Below the pieces are notes generated by a model. The model searched no databases and was not told the origin of the DNA. It was given only the letters and a program-made list of their open reading frames with translations. Positions 11,501 through 23,041 of a stretch of DNA of 64,000 bases are shown piece by piece (positions within the stretch are counted from its first letter, which is position 1; each line of letters begins with the position of its first letter). The stretch spans positions 1 to 64,000 of the forward strand of contig BAAIJX010000014.1 in assembly GCA_054600435.1 (NCBI GenBank). The letters run 5' to 3'. This DNA is from Neophaeotheca triangularis (taxonomy: Eukaryota). The position numbers and the translations under genes are program-made.

Positions 11501-12865
11501 GTTTTGTGACCTTTTTTTTTTTTTTTTTTTTGTGGTGTTGCTTTTAGTGTTGTAATTTGCCTCGGTGGCGGCCTGGTGGTAGTTTGCCTCGAAGGTGCGA
11601 TTACTTTGCTTTCCCTAGTGGGTGATTTCAGGGGAGCGCTATCGCTTTTGCTTTGTCGGAGGTGATTGGGTGAGGAGGCGTAGGGGTTCGAAGGTGTTGA
11701 AGGGAAGAATGCAAGGGGTTTTGACTGTTAAGGGTAATCTGGGGAGGTGAAGTTCGAGACTTTTTGAGCTGGGGGCGTTGAGTTGTCCGTGCGATGAACG
11801 CCTCCTTCTGGCAAGGGCTGCTGCGGTTTTAGCGACATCTCGTGAACCCGCACAAGAAAGCAAGTTCTGCTACCAAGACGCAATCGTCGGATGGTAGTAT
11901 GGACCTGCGTTAACAACTTACTATGGCATCACCTGTCGTCTCGGCCAACATGTGACAGAATACGCTCATCTTGTTCACTAGTCTATGGAGCGGCTAATCA
12001 TGCAGCAGCGCAACGCAGCGTGCAATGTAGACCAAGACCACGGATCCGAATCCCTTGTGTATTTGTGCCGTCCAGCAAGATCAGAAGGGAACCTCTTGTT
12101 CAGATTCAACTTCTGGCTTCAAAGGCACTTCTAACGGCGCTCTTGGAAGTGCTGCTCGACTCGAAACCAACGAAAGTCCCGATAGGCTGAATGAGGCCAA
12201 GTTACGTTTCGCGAGAGGTGGTGTGGCAAATCGGTTGTATGAACAGGTTGGGCTTGGACATCACATTTATCAACCTGATTGAAGTGGCGAAGCCTGTTTA
12301 CGCTCGGGATCAGCATGTTTCTCTCGATCATGGTGGACACATCGAGTGTCATCCCGTGTTACTTCTGGTTACGCTTCCCGGCGATCGCGTCGCTCGCTCC
12401 CAGACTGTCGTTCGTCTTCTTGAAGCCCTTCTGGACGCGAGTGGACTGCGGATGAGATACGTTTTGGAGACCGGCTGGCCTACTATACCTACCGAGAGTA
12501 AATCAGTACAGCCATCCTCACCAAAAGTCAAAAGTACCGATCGACCCGGAGCTTCCGTTGATTGCTGATAGTAGGCAGTAGTAGCATGTACGAGGTAGGC
12601 TAGAAGCATACCAGGCAATTTTCATCTTCCCTTGCCCAGCACCTCCTTCATGGCTCTACTAGTGAATGAGGCCTGAGACAGCCGCTTGGATTGAAAGCTA
12701 GATAGCGGTAGGCGCTGTGAAAGTCAGAGACAACTTGCCACATCTTTAAGACTTGAATTGACCGATTGAGACTTCGATAGCAGCACGCTCTAGGTTTGGA
12801 AAAAGCTCACAAGTCAACGGTGCAACCATCTTGCTTCGTTGGATGGTTATATTAGGTCTCTCAGA

Positions 12866-13969
12866 CTAGGTATCAACTCCTCCTTCCACAATAACCCCCT
12901 CGATCCTTCCTTCAGCAAACTCCTTGGCCATGTCACTGAAAGTCACCCACTCCACACCTTCGTGTTGGTTGATGTACTCGATGATCCCTGATCAACCCTC
13001 CTGTCAGCAAGACAAACCAGAATCCAAACCTACCAAAGCATACCCTCTAGCATCCAGAACGAAAGGCAAAAGAAAAACTCACTCTCATGCATCAAAACCA
13101 CATGCGGCTTCCCACTAACCTGCGGATGGACACTAATCGGAAAGACAAAACTCTCATACTCCCTATAAGCGAAATCCCACTGCTCGCGCCACAGCTTCTC
13201 CACCACACTCGTATCCACAAACCCGTGACTCCCCGGTGTCCCCATCGCACTCTGCAGCGGCGGCCAGTCGTCCAAATGCCAGTTGGCGGGGATCTCGACG
13301 ACACGGCTCGGCTTTAGAGCGCCCATGGGTTTCATCCAGGTGCTGGCGGGTTGGGAGGCGTTAGTTTCGATCCAGCTCTCGCTGCTATCGGGCGCCCAGT
13401 ACGGTTGCACATCGTGGTGCATGAAGGAGTGGTCGTAGAGGATTCCCGCGCTTTGGAGCTGGGGGATTAGCTCGCGGGATGTACTCCAAGCTGGAGCAGT
13501 GTACCCCTCTGGGCGTTTGCCGTGGTTAAAGTTGGTCAGGACTTCGATGGATTTGTCGAGGATGGCTTGTTGCTCGCTAGCGGAGTGCTTTGAGGGGTAC
13601 TCGTGGGTATAGCCGTGGAGGCCGCTGAGGAGGGAAAGAAAAGATAAGTTGTCAGTGAGATGTTGGAAGCATAGAGTGGTAGAGACGGAGCTCTTTGAAT
13701 CGCACACCAACTCACAGCTCATGTCCCCCATCCCTGACCTTGGCCATCTGTTTCGGAAAGCTCTCAACCGTGTGTGCCGGCGTGAACCAAGTCGCCTTGA
13801 TACCATACTTGTCGTACAAATTCAACAGCCGATCGACGCCGACCGTCGCGCCGTAGACGCCTCGAGACACGTTGGTGGGGTTTTGTGAGGAGCCGTCGAC
13901 GGTGTTGATCCAATTTGCCACGGCATCGACGTCGATGCCATAGCCGACTAGGACGCGCTTTTTCGGCAT
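12866..13969 (-). CDS. Cytosolic polysaccharide deacetylase (CE4, PuuE/HP-PgdA-like); introns 13625-13715, 12988-13082
   Basis: 'GYGIDVDAVA', 'ATWFTPAHT', 'HEL/GLHGYTHE', 'EIPANWHLDDWP' and 'HPQVSG'; no signal peptide. Confidence 0.88.
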
Positions 13970-14700
13970 TGTGGTTAAGGGTTGTGGGGATGGGTTAATT
14001 AGGACGAAGGTTTAGAAGGTGTTTGAAGAGTGGGTCAGAGGTGCTTGAGTCGATGAATGGGTTAGAGAGGTGACTCTGGCCTTGGTGGGAGCTGAGGTGT
14101 CAGAATATTGTTTGACGATTACGGATCGACTGTGGCTCTCTTCTTGTAATCGATAGCGCCTTGTAATGCTGAGGTGGCTGACTGTTGCTGGTATGCTATA
14201 CCGGTCCGGACCACAGGTCGACTCGCGAGGAATGCTCGATAAAGTCGACCAAGTCAGAGTGTTGTGGAATAACCAGGGAGAGATAAGCTCAAGAGGCAGA
14301 TCTTTAGATGTGAGTGCTTTCATACCATCGACCATCCGTCAAAGTTCCTCTGAATTCTATTTCCCACGTACTACATAAGTACTCTTAACGACATGCCTAA
14401 TAAAGGTACTAGCTGTATCAGCCCCACTTCCACCAAGCAGGTCTCCCGGCAATAACGGGTATACTCAGATAAGCCCCCTCACCTCACCTCACCTCGTCTC
14501 ATCACTGGGAGACCTCGCCCTACTACTCTTCGACAAGACCGCAAATTCAATCCATAGCGCTGCGAGCAGACGCCGGACCTTCAAAAGTCATGGTTAAAAA
14601 GTGCACCTCCTGCAACCAAACCCCAGCCCCATTCCAACCAGTTGAAACCCCGTTCCTAGGGGCCCAGCCCTCGCCACACCTAACCCCTAATAAGACTAGG

Positions 14701-15869
14701 ATGCTGCAAATACACTGTTCAGGGACACCGTATGAGGTACGTCAATTTCCCTCGATCCAAACAACAAAAGCCACGAGCTAACAGAAAACATCATCGTAGA
14801 TCGGTCATACACATGGCACCGAAGCTCGCGCGGAGATATCGCGCTGCATAACCTTCTACGCCTCGCTCTTTCAAGAAGCGGCCAAATACGAGTGGAGCAA
14901 AGTCCAACAGACAGCGCTGGAATTCGAACCCATCGTCCGGGATAAATGGCCACAGTATCTCGAGGAAATGCAGGGTAAAACTCACCCCTCTTCCCCCCCC
15001 CCCATCACCTACCTCCCTATCGCCATGCGCAACCGCTGACTCTGCCAGGCGTCGCTGACGGCGCGAATGTGGCGCTGGCTTCCATCCTCGCCCTGAACGT
15101 GCGCACCGAAATTACCTTCGGGCTGTTCAGTGATGGGTGTACTGCCCTTTCTTGGCGAACTCCCAACGCTTCGTATTTAGCGCAGAACTGGGACTGGATG
15201 GAACGACAAAAGGAGAATCTGATCGTCCTCACCATCGAGCAAGTTTCCAGACCGACGATAAAAATGGTCACGGAAGCTGGGTTGATTGGGAAGATAGGAC
15301 TGAATTCCGCGGGTGTGGGAGTGTGCTTGAATGCCGTGAAAGCGCATGGCATGGACAAGACGAGGATTCCTTGCCATCTTGGGCTCAGAATGGCGCTGGA
15401 GAGCGAGAGTCGCGAGGCTGCTGTCAAGGCGCTGGAAGGGTATGGCGTGGCTTCATCTTGCCACTACTTGCTCGCGGATGCTAGTGGGGGTGTGGGGCTT
15501 GAGTGGTCGCATCTTGATTATCGAGAGGTTGGGATGAATGAGGCCAAGCAGGTTTTTCACTCGAATCATTATTTGCGGGATCATGTTGAGGGAGTCGTGG
15601 ATACGAATTGGTTACCGGATTCGAATTTTAGGGTTAGTAGGATTGAGGAGCTTTGTGGGCGGTTTGATGGGAGCGAGCCGCGGTTTGAGGAGGTGCAAGG
15701 GTTGTTTAGAGATGAGGCGAATTTTCCGGGGGGTATCTGTCGGGCTGAGAGTGGAGGAAGTGATGTGGCGAGCTTGTTTGGGGTCGTGATGGATTTAGAA
15801 GCGAGGAGGGCGGTAGTGACGCTGGGGAGGCCGACAGAGCCCGAGGAGTTTGTTGAGTTGAGTTTTTGA
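14701..15869 (+). CDS. Peptidase C45 / acyl-CoA:6-APA acyltransferase (AAT) family Ntn-hydrolase; introns 14737-14799, 14975-15048
   Basis: 'CSGTPYE/IGHTHG', 'LNVRTEI', autoproteolytic 'DG^CT', 'QNWDW', 'TEAGLIGKIGLNSAG' and 'HSNH'. An in-frame upstream ATG exists at 14590. Confidence 0.88.
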
Positions 15870-16047
15870 TGGCTGTCAGTGTCTTCGCTACTTCTTGTCC
15901 CTACCTTTGATTTACTTGGCGGAGGTGTTCGGTCGTTGCGAGTTGCCACTTTCCGTCTTGGCTCGTGAGTAGGATAGATGATATGTGTGTACTGATACAG
16001 CGCCGTACGTACGGACCTATTACATACGCTCGTACTGTTAACAGAGC

Positions 16048-16700
16048 TTATTGCGACGCGCCCTCGCCGCCCTCGGCCGAAGCAGGCACGAGCACTTCCT
16101 TCTCTTCCAACAGCTTCGCCAAGCTGCCATCCTGGTGCATCGACATCATGATATCCGTGCCGCCGACAAACTCGTTGTTGACGTACAATTGGGGTATCGT
16201 GGGCCACTCGGAGTACTCCTTGATGCCTAGAAACAGTCAGCCATAAACCCTGTTATCAAAAGACAATTGACAGCCATTGCCATCACCATCCCAGCCATCG
16301 CCTTGGATATCAGATCAAACTCACCAGACCTCAACTCTTCATCCTCGAGCACATTGAAAGCCGTAAACTTGGCGGGGTTGACGCCTTGCAGGCCGAGAAT
16401 CTGAATGCTCGCGCGCGAGAAACCGCACTGGGGCGTCTCGGGGGTGCCTTTCATGAAGAGCACAACGGGCGCGGAGCCGACGGCTTTGTCGATGGCGGTG
16501 CGGGTTTCAGTTGAGAGGAAGGACTTCTGAAGGTGTGCGAAGCGGGCGGAAAGGAGTGGGTTGCGGCGCGGGCGCAGGGCGGTGGTGAAGAGCTAGGCCG
16601 TGTGGTGTTAGTGAGGTGCGCTGTGAGGGTCAGGACGATGGCGGCAGTGATGGTGTTGGCGTACGCTCGAAGCCGCGGTCTTGTTGAATAGGGATGCCAT
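16048..16700 (-). CDS. GRX5: Mitochondrial monothiol glutaredoxin; introns 16593-16664, 16227-16324
   Basis: '[16 protein letters not shown]' and '[24 protein letters not shown]', with an Arg/Ser-rich presequence. Confidence 0.93.
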
Positions 16701-17290
16701 GGCGGGTCGTAGTTGGCTCGTCTTGATGTTGTAGGTGATGGTCAAGGTTGATTGGGTGCAATTTGGGATGAAATTGTTTCTGCTGAGAGCTTGAGATGCG
16801 GCAAAGGAACCTGTGAAAGCTGCCATGCAATGACGCAGATAAGGTTATTAATCAATTTGGGGGCTAAACTCATTGATCATCAGTCACTTGCCATTAAAAC
16901 AATCTTAAACCCTTTCTTATTACACCTTTGCCATCACCTTCACTTTCACATGGAATACATACAATTATGTATCTCGTCCAAACACAAGCACTGATCGACG
17001 AGCTTCACCCATGAACCGAAGAAGTTGTCGACAAACTCTTAGCAGGACTAATTCGAACGTCGAGCGCCGTTGTTACTAGCGACACGTTCCTCATCCCGGT
17101 CGTATTCTTACTCGTCGAATGTCTGATCATATACCTCACCATTCGCTTCTCTCATCCCGCCCAGACAAGGCGACACAGTGCCCGAGCCGAGCAGTCTGAT
17201 TGCCATCACCCAGCGTATCCGGTCAGGTCAACGACAAGAAGCGGCACTAAATCATATCCACATAAAAGCGACCTCCTCCACCTCTATACG

Positions 17291-18331
17291 ATGTCTTTCC
17301 CTAAGACGGAAGCCGTTCTGAATAACAACTCTTTCCCTTCTTTCCCTTCAATAAAGGAAGTCCTCGATAGTTTCGCTTCGATTCTGGTTACGCTTTACCT
17401 GGTATTTGCTACCGAAACAACGGCTTTCGCCGTTGCAATCTTTCTTATATCCCTCATCCTTGTGTTAGGCTTCACGGCATGTGTCATCAAACTCGCCTTC
17501 TACTGGTTCAGATACGAAGACGACTCGTTCCCAGGAGATCGCCCCTCGACTCAGTCCCGAAACAGCATCCCCCCAGCCCTCCGGGCCTCTGACCACACCT
17601 CGGACAAAAAACACCACCTCCTCCTCTGCGCCACCGGTAGCGTCGCCACCATCAAACTCCCCTTAATCCTGCACGCCCTCTCCCACCACCCCAACCTCAG
17701 CATCCGTATCATACTCTCCAAATCCGCCACCAACTTCCTGCAAGCCCAGTCCCAGGAACAACCCTCCTATACCACTCTCACGGCTATCCCAAACGTCGAT
17801 GCCGTCTACCTGGACGAAGACGAGTGGCGCAAACCCTGGGTCAGGGGGGATGGAATCCTGCACATCGAGCTAAGGAAGTGGGCAGATCTTATGGTCGTGG
17901 CGCCTTTAAGCGCGAACGCCATGGCGAAACTCGCCAACGGTATGAGTGAGGACCTAATCTCTAGCGTGGCGCGCGCGTGGGATACCACGGGGAAAGTGGA
18001 TGAGGGGGAAGGTCGGGAGGGGTTCAGCGGGGGGCGGGCTGCTGCTGGAAAAGGGAAGTTGATGTTGTTGGCGCCGGCTATGAATACGGCTATGTGGATG
18101 CATCCGGTTACGAGGCGGCATTTGGGTGTTTTGGAGGAGGAATGGCGGTGGGATGGGGAAGGCGGATGGATTGAGGTTTTGAGGCCTATGGCTAAGGCTT
18201 TGGCGTGTGGGGATGTTGGGGCGGGGGCTATGATGGAGTGGAAGGAGATTGTTGGGGTTGTGGAGAGGAGGTTGGGGCTTGGGGAGGAGGAGTGGGATGA
18301 AGTCGGGGTCAAAGAGGGGAGTGGAACGTAG
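17291..18331 (+). CDS. Phosphopantothenoylcysteine decarboxylase (HFCD flavoprotein, Hal3/Cab3 family)
   Basis: 'ATGSVATIK', 'LHIELRKWAD', 'APLSANAMAK', 'PAMNTAMW' and 'LACGDVG'. The N-terminus is uncertain. Confidence 0.88.
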   Translation: MSFPKTEAVLNNNSFPSFPSIKEVLDSFASILVTLYLVFATETTAFAVAIFLISLILVLGFTACVIKLAFYWFRYEDDSFPGDRPSTQSRNSIPPALRASDHTSDKKHHLLLCATGSVATIKLPLILHALSHHPNLSIRIILSKSATNFLQAQSQEQPSYTTLTAIPNVDAVYLDEDEWRKPWVRGDGILHIELRKWADLMVVAPLSANAMAKLANGMSEDLISSVARAWDTTGKVDEGEGREGFSGGRAAAGKGKLMLLAPAMNTAMWMHPVTRRHLGVLEEEWRWDGEGGWIEVLRPMAKALACGDVGAGAMMEWKEIVGVVERRLGLGEEEWDEVGVKEGSGT

Positions 18332-19538
18332 AAGGGAGTTTCAGCTGGCCTTTCGAGTATGGACGAGACCTGCGTTATCCAGGTCCAATCGCGGCAACGT
18401 TACGAATGAGCTTCTGCAGTCTCACTGATCCGACGGCAGCGGCCTAATGAGCGGGACCAAGCAATCACGCTTCCCAACGCAAGATACTAAGACGTGACAC
18501 TCCGGTCGTCCTTCTAGGCGAAACCACCATCAATAGCACTTTACCGCTGAGAGAAGTTGCGACGACCAAAGCAAAACTTGCGCGAGGACACAAGAAGCCG
18601 CCGTCCTCGACCTGGTTCAGGCAAGAATCGTCCTTCTGAATACATGCGAAGCTGAAGCAAGGAGCAGACCTCAACAAGCCGGCGCGAATTGCTACATTCA
18701 CCAAAAACGCCACGTCCTTCTATCGCAGCGCTGCACTCTCTTCCAACCTCCTGACAAACGCCCACACAACCCATCGACGGGATTACCACGGCACGTGATC
18801 ACGTGATATGATATGAAGTCGAAGGTAGCACGTGGTAGCCAGATCTTTAATTACCAAGGTAATAAGGTACCAGGTAATAAGCTCACGTTGCTCATGCTGG
18901 TGCCTCGCGGTACTGTTCATGAAATGCCTTGGCACCTTTGCATTCGGCACTTGAAAAGTTCCAATCTCGAGCTGTCTGATGAGCTGAGCCTGCCTGAGCC
19001 TGCCTCCAATAAGATACCGGGTCGGTCCAAATTCAACCCATCACTCGGGTCAGCCTAGCCCGGGAAGTTGGAACGGGCCAAAATAATTGGAGCCTCCTCT
19101 ACGTCGGCTTCCGGGCCACTCCGCTTCCCGCACGCCGACTTCCCCGCATTTACTCCAAATCGGAAGTCGGGATACTTCCAATGGGGAGATCCTAGTACGA
19201 TGTAGGTATGTATACTACTACCTACCCAAGGCACCTTGTCCTACCTAAGATTCCTGGAAATCAGTGTGACGTCCCTCTCTCTTTGATCGGCAATAGTCAC
19301 CGCAGTAAGGCCTCCTAAGCCACTAAAGAAAAGCTAGTTGGTATTGGCGTGGGATGCATCCAGTCGGCAATGGTATACCAGCGGTCGGTGGATGGTGGCT
19401 GGTGGCCCACTGGTCGTTTTGCCAATATACATTTCCCCTCTTGATGTAAGATAGGTAGGAATATATAAGTCACCCGCCGAGTCCACCACGATCGTCCTTG
19501 ATATCAATTCAGACATCCTGCTTTTGACCATCATCACC

Positions 19539-21491
19539 ATGCCTCGCTTCGGTGTGTTGTCGTCCGCTTTGCTCGCCCTCTCTTCCACCGCCACTGGCCT
19601 CGTTCACCGAGATCATGGTCACCATGCCCTGCTCGATGTCGAGCAACCATTGATCAAACTCAGGCCGAAGCACACTTCCACCCGCGACCTCGTCAACCTC
19701 GACGGCCTATGGAAATTCAACATCGTCCCAGAGTCCGGTAACACAACCTTCGATGCCGAGTCCACGCAACAAACCTGGACCCAGCCTCTGTCCCCCTACC
19801 TCGAGTGCCCGGTCCCAGCATCGTTCAACGACATCTTCCTAGACCAGGAGATTCGCAACCACGTTGGTTGGGTGCTCTACCAAAAGAACGTTAGAGTTCC
19901 TCGTGGCTGGTCGGCCGGAGACCGATACCTCGTCCGCGCCGAGTCCGCCACCCATCGCGGCCGTATCTACATCAACGATCGCATCGTTGCCGAGCACCAG
20001 GGCGGTTACCTGCCCTTCGAGGCCGACATTACCGATCTCGTCTCCGCCGGACAGGAATTTCGTATGACCATCGCTGTCAACAACGAGCTCAATTTCGAGA
20101 CAATCCCACCCGGCGTCGTCTACCGTGATGAATACACCGGCGATCTTCGTCAGGATTACTTTCACGATTTCTACAACTACGCTGGGCTCGCAAGGTCGGT
20201 TTGGATGTACTCCGTACCGCAGGAGCACATCCAGGACGTTACTGTGACTACCGACGTCGAAGGCGAGACCGGCATCATCAACTACGACGTTCAGGTCGCC
20301 AACGGCGCTGACGGTAATGGTCGGGTCGAAGTTTGCGTACTCGATGAGGAAGGCAACATTGTTGCCAACGGCACCGGAGCCCAAGGATCCGTCAACATCG
20401 AATCGGTCAATCTTTGGCAACCCGGAGCCGCATACCTATACGACTTCACCGTCAACATTGTGGCCGACGACGGCAGTGTCACGGATACCTACAGCGTCGC
20501 CACTGGTGTCCGTACCGTCGAGATCCGAGGCACCCAATTCCTCATCAACGGCCAGCCCTTTTACTTCACCGGATTCGGCAAGCACGAAGACGCCGCCATC
20601 CGCGGCAAAGGCCACGACAACCCGTTCATGGTCCACGATTTCGAGCTCCTCGACTGGATCGGCGCCAACTCCTTCCGCACATCGCACTACCCCTACTCGG
20701 AAGACATCATGGACTTTGCCGACCGCCGCGGCATCGTAGTCATCGACGAGACAGCCGCCGTGGGCCAGCACTTCACGCTCAATAGCGTCGCCGTCGAAGT
20801 CCCCGACGTAACCTTCCAAGACAACGGCGTCAACAACGTCTCGCGCGCCCACCTGGCCAACGACATCCGCGAGCTCATCAGCCGCGACAAAAACCACGCC
20901 TCAGTCGTCATGTGGTCGCTAGTCAACGAGCCAGCGTCACAAGAAAGCGGCGCACGCGGCTACTTCGAACCCCTCACGGAGCTCGCACGCTCCCTCGACG
21001 CCCGCCCCATCACCTACGCCAACGTCGCCACCGCCAACTGGACCTCGGACGCCATCGCCGACCTCTTCGACTTCACAATGCTCAACCGCTACTTCGGCTG
21101 GTACGAGACGCCGGGCCAGCTCGACACGGCGGAGCTCGCCCTGCGCGAAGACCTGCAAGGCTGGATCGAGACGTACCCGCGGCCGGTCATGATGTCGGAA
21201 TACGGCGCCGACACCATCGCCGGCCTGCACTCGGTGCGCGACGACACGCTCTTCGCCGAGGAATTCCAGTCGCTGTACTTCGAGACCTATCACCGTGTCT
21301 TTGACGAGTTCGAGGCCTTTGTCGGCGAGCATGTGTGGAATTTTGCCGACTTTCAGACGAAGTTGGGCGTGGGCCGTGTTGATGGGAATAAGAAGGGGGT
21401 TTTTACTAGGGAGCGTAGGCCCAAGTCTGCGGTGCAGTTGTTGAGGAATAGGTGGACTGGGAGGGATTCTTACGGGCAGCCGGGGGAATAG
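19539..21491 (+). CDS. gusA: Secreted beta-glucuronidase, GH2, intronless
   Basis: Signal peptide; 'HDFYNYAGL', 'GFGKHED', 'GANSFRTSHYPY', acid/base 'NEP', nucleophile 'SEYGADT', 'WNFADF' and the GUS-specific 'GNKKG'. TATA-like ATATATAA at about 19461. Confidence 0.93.
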   Translation: MPRFGVLSSALLALSSTATGLVHRDHGHHALLDVEQPLIKLRPKHTSTRDLVNLDGLWKFNIVPESGNTTFDAESTQQTWTQPLSPYLECPVPASFNDIFLDQEIRNHVGWVLYQKNVRVPRGWSAGDRYLVRAESATHRGRIYINDRIVAEHQGGYLPFEADITDLVSAGQEFRMTIAVNNELNFETIPPGVVYRDEYTGDLRQDYFHDFYNYAGLARSVWMYSVPQEHIQDVTVTTDVEGETGIINYDVQVANGADGNGRVEVCVLDEEGNIVANGTGAQGSVNIESVNLWQPGAAYLYDFTVNIVADDGSVTDTYSVATGVRTVEIRGTQFLINGQPFYFTGFGKHEDAAIRGKGHDNPFMVHDFELLDWIGANSFRTSHYPYSEDIMDFADRRGIVVIDETAAVGQHFTLNSVAVEVPDVTFQDNGVNNVSRAHLANDIRELISRDKNHASVVMWSLVNEPASQESGARGYFEPLTELARSLDARPITYANVATANWTSDAIADLFDFTMLNRYFGWYETPGQLDTAELALREDLQGWIETYPRPVMMSEYGADTIAGLHSVRDDTLFAEEFQSLYFETYHRVFDEFEAFVGEHVWNFADFQTKLGVGRVDGNKKGVFTRERRPKSAVQLLRNRWTGRDSYGQPGE

Positions 21492-21856
21492 CTACCGTGA
21501 ATTGCTAGGATAAAGTTACTTTAATTTATTGATTGATGGTTTCAAGCGGCCAATGCGGCGCAAGATGAAATGTTGTTCGTAAGACTCGTCATGGGTGGGT
21601 AGTGAGCGTGAAACAGCTATCGACATGGGTGTTACAACGCTCCGCCTTGACTCCAAGCATACCGCAGCAATAAAAGCAGCGGCAAGACCAAAACCCCCTT
21701 TCCAGGGTTGAAGAAGACGCCAAACGCTTCCTTAAGAAAAAAAGAAGGCCAAGAAAACTCAAGACTACGAAATCCACCTGCTCTCTCATTGATGACCACC
21801 CAAACCCTTCACCCTCACCTATTCCACCTAACCTATCCCCCCTAAGGCTCACTCCC

Positions 21857-23041
21857 TCACCTCCACCCACTCCTAGCCGGATGCAGAGCCGAATCCGGTC
21901 TACGCACAAGATGCGCGAATTGCGGATTCACGCCCATCGGCCCGGAAATCTCCGGCTCCTTCCACTCCCCAGGTGGCGTCGTACCCTTGCCGTTGCCACT
22001 GCCAGTAGTGTGAGAATTGACGGGCAGCGGAGGCGCGAGACTGGCCCGGTACTGGTTGCGCGGGTTGAGGAAGTTGAAGACTTTCTTTTTCGTGCAGGCT
22101 GTGGCGCGGGAGTAGCGGCTCGTGGGGGAGATTGGTTGGGTGTAGGGGTTGGAGGTTGGGTTGTAGTTGTGATTGGAGGAGGTGGGTGAGGAGGTTGGGT
22201 AGGGTGGTGATGTGGGTGTGGTGTCGACTGTGATGTTTGTCTTGGTTGGCGAGACTGTCGTGTGGTAGCTTGGCAACAAGGAGTTCCGGCGCGAGTCGCG
22301 GGAGCTGAGGATGCGGAAGGCGTTGTTGCCGCTCTTGGTCGGGGTTATGGGGTTCGAGAGGTAGGATTGTGCTAGTACTGGGGCGGAGGGTGCGCTTTTG
22401 GCGCTGCTGCTCGTGCTGCTGCTGCTGACGCTCTTGCTGTGAGAGGGAGGCATCGGGGATTTCTGGATCGCGACGGCACCGTGGGCGCGAACTTGTCGAG
22501 CTGTGATGTTTTGGTCGCGGTCGCGGAAAACATAGCTCGCGAGGAGGTTGATCCAGCCCATGATGAAACACATGCAGCCGGAAGCTATGATGATGCGCCA
22601 GAAGGCTAGGCCTAGGTTTTTGGGACTGTGGGCTTCGCGGTTGAGGTTGCCAAGCATGTTGACGCCGAAGATGATTAGACATAGCGCGAGGGTGACGAAG
22701 CCGTGGTTGGGGCTCAAGAGTGGCCAATTACGGGCAAAGTAGTGGCGGAAGAGCGAGAGTTCGGAGGCGACGAGGAAAACTGTCGTTGTCTCAAGTCAGC
22801 GCTTAAGTCCTTCTCACAATCTTGATCGCACGTTTCTGTATGACAAGGACGACTTACTCGCAGCAACGACAGTAAAGACATGGCCCACAGCCTCGAAAAA
22901 GAAGAATTGGGTCGCCAGAGTCGTCTTGACAAGCATAACCACGCTGGCGGCGACGATGGCTAGCAGTGCAGCGATGTTTGCAACTCGGATGCCGTTCAAG
23001 ACAATGTAGCCCGGTCCGGCTAGGTTCTTCGGTGAAAGCAT
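21857..23041 (-). CDS. Conserved fungal multi-pass membrane protein with a long Ser/Pro-rich tail; intron 22780-22857
   Basis: MLSPKNLAGPGYIVLNGIR followed by about four hydrophobic segments; a GTAAGT..CTGAC..CAG intron joins the two ORFs. Confidence 0.8.

Noticed and set aside
11890..12620. Short ORFs on both strands between SERF and the deacetylase
   Set aside because: No recognisable motifs or consistent splice structure.
14701..15869. Penicillin biosynthesis gene cluster
   Set aside because: No NRPS (pcbAB) or IPN synthase (pcbC) in the window and no peroxisomal signal; C45 homologues are widespread.
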